The position numbers and the translations under genes were made by a program. A stretch of DNA of 64,000 nt, taken from assembly GCA_010093815.1 (NCBI GenBank), contig ML996573.1. One strand, 5' to 3'. Positions 23,991 to 34,260 of this stretch are shown one piece after another (position 1 is the first letter of the stretch; each line of letters starts with the position of its first letter). The DNA is from Pseudovirgaria hyperparasitica. Lineage: Eukaryota. The notes beneath the pieces were generated by a model. The model worked only from the letters and a program-made list of their open reading frames with translations, had not been told where the DNA came from and ran no database searches.

Positions 23991-26221
23991 CTAATAAACA
24001 AACGTCCCTGCAAACAAAACCACACAATACACAACCATGACACCCCAGATAATCTCTCTTACCAACACCAGCCCTCCCCAAGACTGTCTCGCCTCCATAA
24101 ACCCAGGCCGCCCAACACCCGTCTCCGGCTCAACAACCATAACCTCATCCCACTCCGGCACCGTCGGCGGCGCAAACATATACAAAACCGGCACCGCAAA
24201 CGACGTCGCCAAAAGCAGCCACCACCCAGGCGGCAAACACGAACGCACCAACAAATGCAACAGCGCATCCCGGACATCCCCACCCCGCCCCCTTACCTCC
24301 CACGCCCGATACACATCAGTCCCTCCAGCGCCCAGCGCAAACCCCACAAACCCCACAAAGAACCAGATATGACAATACGCGCCTATCAGTCGTATCCGCG
24401 TCCGCAGCCCTGCTCTCCACCTCGCACTGCGCTCCATGAGATGATCACGCACGGCGCCCGAGGCTTGAAATGCGATTTGCACGCCGCCTAGCCAGCTGGG
24501 CAGAACGTAGCAGCGCACCACGGCGACGGCGAGATACGGCATCATGAACTGCCATGCCATGGCGTTTCGCTGGCCCTGGAAATAGCCCGATGGCAGCGCG
24601 AATGCAACGTCGTTGAGGCGCAGCGAGCAGATCCAGATTGCGGCGAGGCGGATCTGCCAGCGCAGCTCGGACGCGGTGGTGGAGACGAGGAGGGGCCGGC
24701 CCCAGTAGAGGAGGGTGGGGAGGGCGAGGAAGGCGAGGAGTTGGGGGAGGATGAGGAGGGTGGTGAAGGCGAAGGTGAAGATGCACCAGCGTTGGGCGAA
24801 GGTCATGTGTTTGGTCTTTTTTTTGGGGGGGTGGTTAGTGTTTTGGGTGTATGTTGGGATGGGGATGGAGAGAGCTTACGTGTTTGCCTGGGAAGCCCCA
24901 GTTTAGCACTTGTGCGGTTTGAAGTGTGCCTACGGCCCATCTGGTGCGTTGTTTGAGGTCAGGGAAAGTTAGAGAGTGGTCGGGTATGGTGTGAGCAGGA
25001 ATGACATACGACTTGTTATGCTTTCTGGAACCATGCCGATTTGTAGGAATTCATGGCAGTACGCAGTCTTATATCCCTCTCCGTTCATGATGCATGAGAG
25101 CAGCTGGTCTTCTGCCATGGACGGGGTTGGCCATCCGCCAATCTGGTCGATGATGAATCTTTTCATTACGACGCCGCTACCGGTGCACCAAGCAGTGCCA
25201 ATATGATCCTTTTTCAACTCCAGATAATGTATGAAGTCGCAGAGAGACTGACAAAGAGAGTCGTCAGCCGGGACATTCCAGAAGGTCTGCGGTGGCGATA
25301 TGAGACCGAGGAGAGGGTCACGCAGGAGGTGTGGTAGCAGGGCACGTAGCCATTCCGGATGGGCAATCATGTCCGCATCCAAGGTTGCAATGTACTCTGC
25401 ACATCCACCTGGCAAACCAACTACAAAGTCAATGCCGGACTGGAGATTGCCCGCTTTATAGTGATGAGGAACGCCAGGGTATTTCCGCCGGGCCTGGTAA
25501 TACAACTGCGGGTATTCTACCAGCAGAGGCTGTAAGGCCTCTTGTAATTCCGGATCTGCACTATCGTCACATACGACGACTCGGTATCGATACTGCGGAT
25601 AATCAATGTTACAAGCAGCCCGAACACTATTCACAATCACAGGTATGGCCTCGCCACAAGTCGTCAGGAGAACGTCCACAGTAGGCACCGCCGCGCCTCT
25701 CAGACGCAGCTGAGGCCGTTCGCGATTGCCAAAGGAGAACACTAGAATGGACATGTAGAACAGATACGGTACTGAGAAACGTCAGCTAACATTTCGATAG
25801 TAGTGAATGTAGCCGTACAGATGCAAACGCCCTCCAAGCACACGAACATCAGCGAGGCCTCCGTGATCCTGCCGTTCACAGCTCTAGACTTGTAGTTGCA
25901 CCAGATTCGAAAGGTGAAGTACGCTGTGTATGTAAGGAAGACCCACACGATGAGTACAGGATGTACGAGCATCAAAGTGCGGCACCATGGTTTGACATAT
26001 TCGTGATCGTCGTATTTGTGGAGTGTTTCGACTTTGTATTCGCTAGGTTTGTGCCGGTCGCTGTAGAACATTTCAACCTTTTCGTCCCTCTTCTCGAGAT
26101 CCTCGCTGCTGGCTTGGATGGAGTCGTCATGGCTCGATGTGCCTGTTGGGAGAACCGCGTTGTTGGCTGAGCGTTGACTCTGGGAGACATACGGGCTGCA
26201 GAGTCCCAGTTGATGGTCCAT
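23991..26221 (-). CDS. Cellulose-synthase-like processive GT2 glycosyltransferase (BcsA/CelA/Tft1-like); the acceptor before the QxxRW exon is TG, so it may be a pseudogene
   Basis: DVLLTTCGE, DYP..VVVCDD, HHYKAGNL, DADM, PPQTF, CTGSG, SMAED and (manually spliced) HLKQRTRW give the D,D,D,QxxRW signature. N- and C-terminal TM helices. 4 exons. Confidence 0.9.
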
Positions 26222-27462
26222 CGTGAAGGGCCGTGCAAGAGTTTAAGAATACAGACATGATTCAAAACGATTGCGTATTGCAGTGTGGCTTTATATGCAA
26301 GGAGAACTCGATGTACCTTAATCTTTCTACATTAAGTTCCATTTTTCAATTGAGAAAAAGCAAAATGGAATACGCAAGTTGAATGTCAAGTTGGCTGTAG
26401 TGACAATCATTCTTTTACTTTGCCTATTTGAATGTGCCTTCAAAGCCCTGAGTAGATATTCCTGACTACACCCTTGATGAATATATGATCTTACCTCATA
26501 CCATGAATGATGAGTCTAGCCTACACACGATCTCAAGTGGAAGAGAGATATAAGACAATGGTAAAGCTCTAGCTCCTAAAGAGAACACGACTCTCTACAT
26601 TCTCGTAGCCTGGACACTTGATGCTGTGAAATGTTGAGGTTTGCCTAGTTTCGCCGTGGCCGGTCTAGCTTCTGCGTCTCTGCAAGGATTAGCTACTAGA
26701 CCACAAGGCAGTGTATCCATATATCACTGAAGCATCCGACGACGAATTGGCTAAGTTTTCTTCTGGTGTTGCACACGATCGTAAGATAACTGTACGATTA
26801 TCTTCGGGTTACATGTCCGTGCGTACCTGGAGCATTATGGTATAGTTGGATCTACTTACCAATTGTGCTTGTTCCGGACGATGCAGTATGTATGTACTAT
26901 GGATGTACACTGTGGACTAGCGCAGAAGCACTTCATTAGCCAACTCGAAAGCTAGTGCCAATCACCAGCCTAGCCCGTGCGCCATTAATAGTTCTGCAGA
27001 ATTCATTCGATGCAATTATCCTCCCCCTTCATCTCATGTTGGATTATACATAGCTGCGTAGTGATACATAAATAGCTTTGACTATGAGAGAGAAAGCGGC
27101 ATGTATGAGCACCCGTAGATGCACAGCTAATGATACTTATCTATACTAGTACTAAGTACGTTCGTGGGCCCGGTGAACGACGAGAACAGCCGCTTGTCCA
27201 TGCATGAATGAATAGGGTGGGCGCGCAACGGGCCGCAAGCTTTGATACTTAATTACCCTGCGGAGTCCTAGCGCGAATTCTCAGGATCAATATACTGTTT
27301 GGGGATGTCAAATTCATCGTTAAACGTTCGTCATTTAGTATCCTAATGGATTCTACTCTCCTTCTATGGTCCTGTCACTACTTATCACGAATCTAGCCAA
27401 ACGTCGTCGAAAAGTCCATGGTGAATTTAGATCAGGAGAGCATCGATGCCATCCAGATGATC

Positions 27463-28237
27463 TTACCGCACCAACTCCCACTCTTCCCCAAACCCAAAGT
27501 CTACACGCTTGACAACCTCCTTGTCATACATCCCGCCCGCGAGGAAACGATGCTTGAAGTCACCAAAGTCGAAAGAGTCAGAATGCTTATCCAGACATAG
27601 CTCGCCCGCTTCGGTGCTGACCTTGAGCTTCGGGTCATGCGCTGCACATAACACCACGCGGTCGGATTTGATCATAACAGTTTTGCTTCGATCATCTTCA
27701 GCGTCGATACGAATCTGGAATCGGGTACGGCCTTGACGAGTCGCATAGATGCGACCTCCGGTCTCCGCAGCCCACCAGTACAGAGATGGCTCTGACTTGG
27801 ATCGCACATAAAAGCTACGGTGCGATAAGTATCTTCTTGCAGAACACACAAGAGTATACACTTACGTGCCACCGCTGATGTGGTCAGTCCGAGACGCCTG
27901 GTCCAACATGCCAGCGCCGTTGCGTACAGCGGTACCACCAGCGGCATCAACAATAAGTGTGAGGAAGATACTTAGATACGGGACCAAAATTCAGGTAGAG
28001 TGGAGTGAATGTCTCCTGTGGCATACGTATAGAAGTCTGGAGACATTCGCTCCATTCTCAGTCCTTTGTGCTTCTGATGTGCCCGCCACCACTCATCAAT
28101 AGTATCGGCATCAGCTGCCGAGACAACAAACCGAGTCGCGTCCCGGTGAGGAGTCTGAATGGAAGCCAGTAATGTTAGTAGTAGTAAACATGTAGCGCTT
28201 CTCGACATACATATTTGATATAGGCGTGGTGGACCAT
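27463..28237 (-). pseudogene. Small fungal hypothetical-protein gene disrupted by an 8-bp insertion (stop plus frameshift)
   Basis: ATG 28237 and two canonical introns. Exon 2 reads ..TCC CGT ATC [TAAGTATC] TTC CTC ACA... Removing the 8 bp restores one frame (EFWSRIFLTLIVD..TDHISGG/FYVRSKSEPSLYWW..GEEWELVR). Confidence 0.7.
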
Positions 28238-29589
28238 TGTGCTGAATTTGGCTCAACAGAAACAAAGGATCGAAAGTAAACAAATTTCCACAAAAGCTCA
28301 AAAGACTTGGTAAGGCCAAACTTGACTGAGTCTTTGCTGATGTATTTATATTCATTGGACTAAGAACTAAGCACCAAACTACGCCATAGTATTTCTCATG
28401 CCTGCGTGAGACAGCGATAATGCTGTAATCGTGCATGCTCTACCAGGCAGGAGAATTTGTTGTCCGAGCTAGCATTTGGGCATATAAGCACACTGAACTT
28501 GCAACGCAACTCACGCAGCGTAAGAGTGAACCGTTGAGATGGCGTACATCGTAGGTTAATGTTCTCAGCTGCAGCATGATTTAGCGGATCAATAGGAACG
28601 ATTTCCGAACCGGAGAGTCGACAACAACATAGCAGATCTACGAGCGCCCTGCCTTATTCGTTCTATCAGCTACAGTCGCACAGAGTGGCTTATGCCGATC
28701 CATGAGCCTCTCCTCTCAGTGTTGGTCGCGGAGTTAATGCACCCATGGATACACTCAGATCCCACTAAGATGATACGCCATGTGTCCGTTGGTCTGTTGA
28801 CTATCGAACCTCTCCATTTGAGAAAGTCGGAACTATCTACTCTGCAAATACATAAAAGTACACTCCGAAGTTTGAACTCGGTAAGGCCGAGACCGAAAAC
28901 TTGGAGTAGATAACTATTAGCATGAAGAGTCATTCCGAATTTTCGAATAGCATTCTTGCGTGGGCATAGCATAAGCAACTTACTAGTACCAGTAACAACT
29001 TCACGTGAATATATTGTGGGGATTACTGGATGATATAGGTGCACTAGCTATTGTACAGAGTTGTCAGATATGTCAGACTAGTTATATCTATCAATGCTAT
29101 TTCGCTCGAGCCAGTTTTTGAGGTAGATGTTTAGTAAACCTTCGTAAATAGCCAAGAAAAATGCCGACAATAGCGCAAGTGTATTGACCAAGATACATTG
29201 TATTCGGAGTTAGTCCTTTGCATTGATTCTGGACTTTAGAAATCATTCTTCTTGCAGAAGTGGCTGCCACGAGGAAGGTTGTGCCGAGTAAACATCGATG
29301 CAGAAAGATCCGACACCGGCACCAGCCATGGAAAATGTCTCAATAGACAATGCTAGATCAGCGAAGCGTTGCATCACACCAAACGGACTGCAGCTCCCCT
29401 CCGGAGGTGAACTCCGAGGTAGTGGCTGGCCAAGACACAAGAAGGGGCTGCGTATATGTCCTCTAGGTTGCATCGGAAGTTGTTCAGATCGAGGTTGGTC
29501 TGCAGCCCAGTCCGGCGAGACGTCCATAAAGAGCTGACGCTTTCTGTGAAGACAGCGATATCGCAATTCCTCACTTCTTCATTTCCAGC

Positions 29590-31155
29590 ATGGCGCAAAC
29601 ACGCTTGACCCTAGCCTTGGGCATCTTCTCTTCTCTGGCAGCCTCCCAGACTCCTGCCGATGTCATTCTGTTCGAACAGATGGCCGAACGCCATACCGGT
29701 GCTCAAACGCAGAACTTGTCTCTCTTTCGCCCGTCTTCTTCGCACTCGAAAGTGATTAGTCTTGAAGACATCCTCCCAGTCGCCGATAGCACCGGCAATC
29801 TTCGATGCTGCCCTCAGGGCACCGTCAACGATGGCAAATCTTGTGTTTTCCTACACAGCGAAGTTTGTCCTCCAGGCACCAACCTAGAAGGCAATGTTTG
29901 CGTTAGTGTTATTGGACCCAGGTGCCCTGATAACATGACCTTCAACGGCCAGGTCTGTATCAGCAAGTCACCACCAAATTGCCCTCCCAGCTCTTGGTTC
30001 AACGGCCAGGCCTGTGAGTCAGCGGCGGAGGCCGAATGCCCCCCTGGTTTGAAATTCTATAATGGTGAATGTATCTCAACATCCCGACCCAGCTGCCCGC
30101 CAGGATTTGAAGCCGAAGCACAGCTTTGTGTCTCTAGGACACGTCCAACATGTCCAGAAGGACTCAAGTTCGACGATGGAAGCTGTGTGGGGTCACAACC
30201 ACCTGAATGTCCGGCCGGAACAAGTCTCATGAATGAGCTTTGCTACGGCAATGGAGCTCCAGCTTGCCAGGCCGGTTATGTGTTTGAGAATGGGAAGTGT
30301 CTACACAGTTCTAAGCCTCGATGTCCAGGGGGTTCTACATTCGATGGATCCGCTTGTGTTAGCGATGAGCCCCCAAGGTGCCGTACCGGGACTCTCAATG
30401 GACAAATCTGTGAGTCTAAGCCAAACTGTCCGCCTGGCACATCTTTGAAGAACAAGGAGTGTGTCGAGGAAAGACCTGCATCTTGTCCTCCTGGCAGGGA
30501 AATCTCCTTTAATGAGGGTCAAGCAGCATGCTGCCCCACCGGATTCAAGCTCAACGAAGGCCGATGTGCTAAGTCGGCATACTCTGAGAGCGAATGCCCC
30601 ATTGGAACTCGATACGATTCCATTGCCAAAGAATGTACAATTGCTCCAGACAACGAGCCGACATGTCCTATTGGAACTTTGTTCAATGGCGAAAAATGCG
30701 AATCGAAGACGCCACCTGACTGTGCTGGTGGTACCTTCACCAGTGATAAATGTATCTATACCGAATCACCCTCGTGCCCACCTGGCAGTACCCTGGTTGT
30801 TGGAAAGTGTGTATACTTAGTGTTCTACTACTTCATACGCTTGACGTCTTTCGCAACCTTGAATTCAGCCCCGGTCTTTGCTCTCACGTCCTCCACACTT
30901 GTGTCAGGAGCAAGTTCAGTTAGGGTGAGTCCTCCTTGTTCAGAAGTACGATCAACTTCGAACACACACATATCAGTTATTATAGTGCTGGCGCATCGAG
31001 CCCCAGTTAGTGGTAGTTTGCAATCCTGTACGATCTTCGGTGACCCATCCTTTGCAACGTGCTCTGTCGCTATCACCACCTTCGTGTGGCCGGGAGAGGA
31101 CACAAGGTCCATTGCGCCTCCCATACCCTTTACGGTCTTCCCTGGAATCATGTAA
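29590..31155 (+). CDS. Secreted cysteine-rich repeat protein (about 18 CPxG-x6-7-C units, resembling oocyst-wall-protein repeats); C-terminal ~110 aa are antisense read-through into SCOT
   Basis: Signal peptide MAQTRLTLALGIFSSLAAS. Repeats with a period of about 19 aa (e.g. CPPGTNLEGNVC, CPEGLKFDDGSC, CPPGSTLVVGKC) end at about 30812. Confidence 0.8.
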   Translation: MAQTRLTLALGIFSSLAASQTPADVILFEQMAERHTGAQTQNLSLFRPSSSHSKVISLEDILPVADSTGNLRCCPQGTVNDGKSCVFLHSEVCPPGTNLEGNVCVSVIGPRCPDNMTFNGQVCISKSPPNCPPSSWFNGQACESAAEAECPPGLKFYNGECISTSRPSCPPGFEAEAQLCVSRTRPTCPEGLKFDDGSCVGSQPPECPAGTSLMNELCYGNGAPACQAGYVFENGKCLHSSKPRCPGGSTFDGSACVSDEPPRCRTGTLNGQICESKPNCPPGTSLKNKECVEERPASCPPGREISFNEGQAACCPTGFKLNEGRCAKSAYSESECPIGTRYDSIAKECTIAPDNEPTCPIGTLFNGEKCESKTPPDCAGGTFTSDKCIYTESPSCPPGSTLVVGKCVYLVFYYFIRLTSFATLNSAPVFALTSSTLVSGASSVRVSPPCSEVRSTSNTHISVIIVLAHRAPVSGSLQSCTIFGDPSFATCSVAITTFVWPGEDTRSIAPPIPFTVFPGIM

Positions 31156-32552
31156 TTGGCAAGATTCCCTCTGGCATCGACTTGAAGCGCGCCCAGTATC
31201 GATACATCAACGTGGCCACCTCTGATCATGCCAAAGGACTCTGCTGAATCGAAGGTTGATGCGCCCGGTACCAATGTTACCGTCTCCTTGCCAGCGTTGA
31301 CAATATCGGGGTCAACCTCGTCCTCGTGCGGGTACGGCCCCATCCCAAGAATGCCGTTCTCTGACTGCAGCCATACCTGCCGGTCCTCAGGTAGATACGC
31401 GGGAGCTTGCGTTGGAAGACCAACACCAAGATTCACGTAGAAGCCCTGCTTCAGTTCCTCAGCACAACGACGAGCAATCCTGACGCGGCGCTCAGCATGC
31501 TCATCAGATTTTGCTGGCTTTTCTCTGACCGGGGGCTGCTGGTGAGATGATTCTGGTGCTTTAGTAGGCCGCGTCTTACGAATTTCAATGTGCTTGGGCG
31601 AGGTCGCAGCTATGGCACAATCAGTGAATATACTGTAACATAGAATCACATTCAACTTACGGACGATCCGGTCAACATATATACCAGGGAGGTCGATTTC
31701 GTTGGAGTCCAGCTCGCCAATCTCGACAATGTTCTCGGCCTCTACGATAGTCACCTTTGCTGCTTTTGCCATTATTTGGCCATATGATCTCGTTGTGTAT
31801 CGAAAATTACAGTTTCCAGCCTTGTCCACTTTCCAGGCGCGGAGTATCGCTACATCACCTGGTAAAGCTTTCTCGAGGAGAAATTTCCGTCCGTCGAACT
31901 CACGAGTCTCTCGTGGAGTACCATATGCTACTACTTTCCCATTCTCGTCAAATTGGGATGGTATCCTCCCCTCTTCAACTAATGTGTTCACCGCCGTGGG
32001 CGTGTAGAACGCCGGTATGCCAGCGCCGGCTGCACGTATTCTTTCAGCCAAGGTGCCTTGCGGACATAATTCAATGCTGATGTGACCGGTGAGAAACTTT
32101 TTTTCGAGAGCTTTGTTGTTTCCCAAGAACGAAAGTATCATTTTATCTACCTGACCGGTCTTGGTGATAAGGGATAGACCTCCGAGACCCTCGATGCCTG
32201 CATTATTCGACACGGCCGTGAGACTATGCAGACTCTCGACGCCACGGTCTCGAATCGCATGGATGATTGTCTCGGCAACACCACAAAGGCCAAAGCCGGC
32301 ACTCAGTATCGTTGAGCCGGACTTGATGTCTGCTACAGCGGCATTGGCGGAGTCAAACAGCTTAGACGCTGATCGGTCAATGCTAGGCGCATTTGCGACG
32401 GATTCTATTTGTATAAACTGTCGCTGTGTCGTTTGCGTGTAGTTGCGGGACGAAGGAAAAGATGTGAGATGAACTGTAAGTGAACTACGCGCTGCGAATG
32501 TTCGTGGGATGAAAGAGACGAGCAGCGTATGAGGTTGCAGAAGCGACTTCAT
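30828..32552 (-). CDS. Succinyl-CoA:3-oxoacid CoA transferase (SCOT/OXCT), mitochondrial
   Basis: GFGLCG, VSNNAG, PQGTLAERIRAAGAGIPAFYTPT, VNLGVGLP, QSENG (catalytic Glu) and KGMGGAMDLV motifs. A 51-nt in-frame intron lies at 31610-31660. Confidence 0.96.
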   Translation of the reverse strand: MKSLLQPHTLLVSFIPRTFAARSSLTVHLTSFPSSRNYTQTTQRQFIQIESVANAPSIDRSASKLFDSANAAVADIKSGSTILSAGFGLCGVAETIIHAIRDRGVESLHSLTAVSNNAGIEGLGGLSLITKTGQVDKMILSFLGNNKALEKKFLTGHISIELCPQGTLAERIRAAGAGIPAFYTPTAVNTLVEEGRIPSQFDENGKVVAYGTPRETREFDGRKFLLEKALPGDVAILRAWKVDKAGNCNFRYTTRSYGQIMAKAAKVTIVEAENIVEIGELDSNEIDLPGIYVDRIVRKLNVILCYSIFTDCAIAATSPKHIEIRKTRPTKAPESSHQQPPVREKPAKSDEHAERRVRIARRCAEELKQGFYVNLGVGLPTQAPAYLPEDRQVWLQSENGILGMGPYPHEDEVDPDIVNAGKETVTLVPGASTFDSAESFGMIRGGHVDVSILGALQVDARGNLANYMIPGKTVKGMGGAMDLVSSPGHTKVVIATEHVAKDGSPKIVQDCKLPLTGARCASTIITDMCVFEVDRTSEQGGLTLTELAPDTSVEDVRAKTGAEFKVAKDVKRMK

Positions 32553-34260
32553 GGCGATAGCGTCAGTCGCGCGGGGCTTGGCGTGTATGTTTAGGCTTAG
32601 GCTTGTATACCAATATGATATGAAGTCAATTGAGATATGGAAATGGATGTAAGGAGTATATTTGGCATGTATATACCTACTTGGACTAATTACTCTTCTT
32701 TGCCATCGGCAGCGAGCTTAACATTACGACAGTGTGATCCACTCCAATGTCGCGGTGCAGTCCAGTTCGGAGACAAAAGAAGCGCCGAACAACGGCTAAT
32801 CGGCCGGATCATTCGACCAATCAACGCTTGGTATCTCTACTCCGTCAACATGAACAGTTGCAGCATAGATAAGTGCAGCTGTTATGGGCTTGATACATAG
32901 ACATTCGAGCCATATGAGCAATGCACCAGACTAATAAATACGTGTCGTGGCCCACGAGTCCGTGGCCTCAAGAACTCATTGATATTGTCTCATGTCAGGG
33001 ACCTTGATATACCGGCTCTAAACTCTGGGCTAGTAGCAGTGACCGGATCGGTACGTCGTCATCAATTCCACGCGCATGGCTTGTGCTAGTTATTAGTTCT
33101 GTCTGACACGCAGCTGTGGCACCACCGAGTGCGTCTATCACACGACCCTTGGCCCAGGCAGAGCGTGCCAGTTCTAGTTGAGGCATCCCGTATGACTCTG
33201 CTGAAATTGAAGTATCAATCTGCCATTCAGAATTGCATCACATCGTTATGACACAGCCATTTTGCGTCGTTAATACACAAATACACATAATCACGTATTA
33301 TGGTACTGCGTCGATCGGCCATATACGCTTCTTTCTTGAAGAACTGGAACTTGGTATACTCACCTTGTGTGATTTTCTCATGCGGTATGACGAGTGTTAG
33401 ATCGGGTCTTGTTGACGGTATAGCAGATTCAATTGGAAATACTGCTAGAGTTGACCCGTCTCAGATATGCAGAGGCGGAACAAGGCTTCTTTTTGACCGA
33501 TGTGCGTGTAGGAACGCTTTTTCAGGACTAGCCCAGAATGCGTGAGTTGAAATACAGCAGATTGTCGGCCTTGACGTTGCTAGATCTCAGGACGATACCT
33601 TACCCGCACTTTGGCAAGTCTGATGACGGGAGCCATTGCTACAACTGTCTGTGCACCATCAGATGTTTCGAAAGATCGGTCCCAACAATAATCTGGATCG
33701 CGGCAATATCAATGATACCCAAAATTGTCGATACTTTAAAGACGGAAGACATCGAGTTCCTGATGAAAGGTGAACTTCAGCATGGCTTCGAATCTTCGAA
33801 TGGCGCCGAGTAAGATGCTCTGGTTCGTTTCCATGAAGCCAAACTCCGTTCCGTGTTGGTAGTACCAGAACTATCTCTTTTGTTTGGACGTCTTCTTCAA
33901 TGCCAAAAACCTCATTTTTTCTTCGTCTGGGTTTTAGTTTCTCAATTCAATTAATATGTTTTCGCGCTTCCGAGGTTAATGCCGCCCCAGCAAGTTGTTA
34001 CCAAGAGACAGAAAATACAGCTCGGGTGAAGAAGATGGCATATCTAGAGCTATGGGATATAGTGTTGAGCAATATGCTGGAAACAGGAGATCCTTCCATT
34101 TGAAGGACACGTTCACATGTAGACGAAAGTTGGCTTGCACGTGTTATAAGTTTGGTGCCTGAGGCATAAATAGCCCCAACCTCCTCCATACCAAGGTTAA
34201 TCTAGACTCTGCATCAGCAGCTTGACGTCCGTGATGCTGAATTCCTCCTCCATGGCGTAG

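Noticed and set aside
32600..34250. Possible degraded gene between SCOT and the Zn2Cys6 factor (short ORFs on both strands)
   Set aside because: The best minus-strand frame I translated has several stops and no recognisable motif. It cannot be told apart from intergenic DNA without a homology search.
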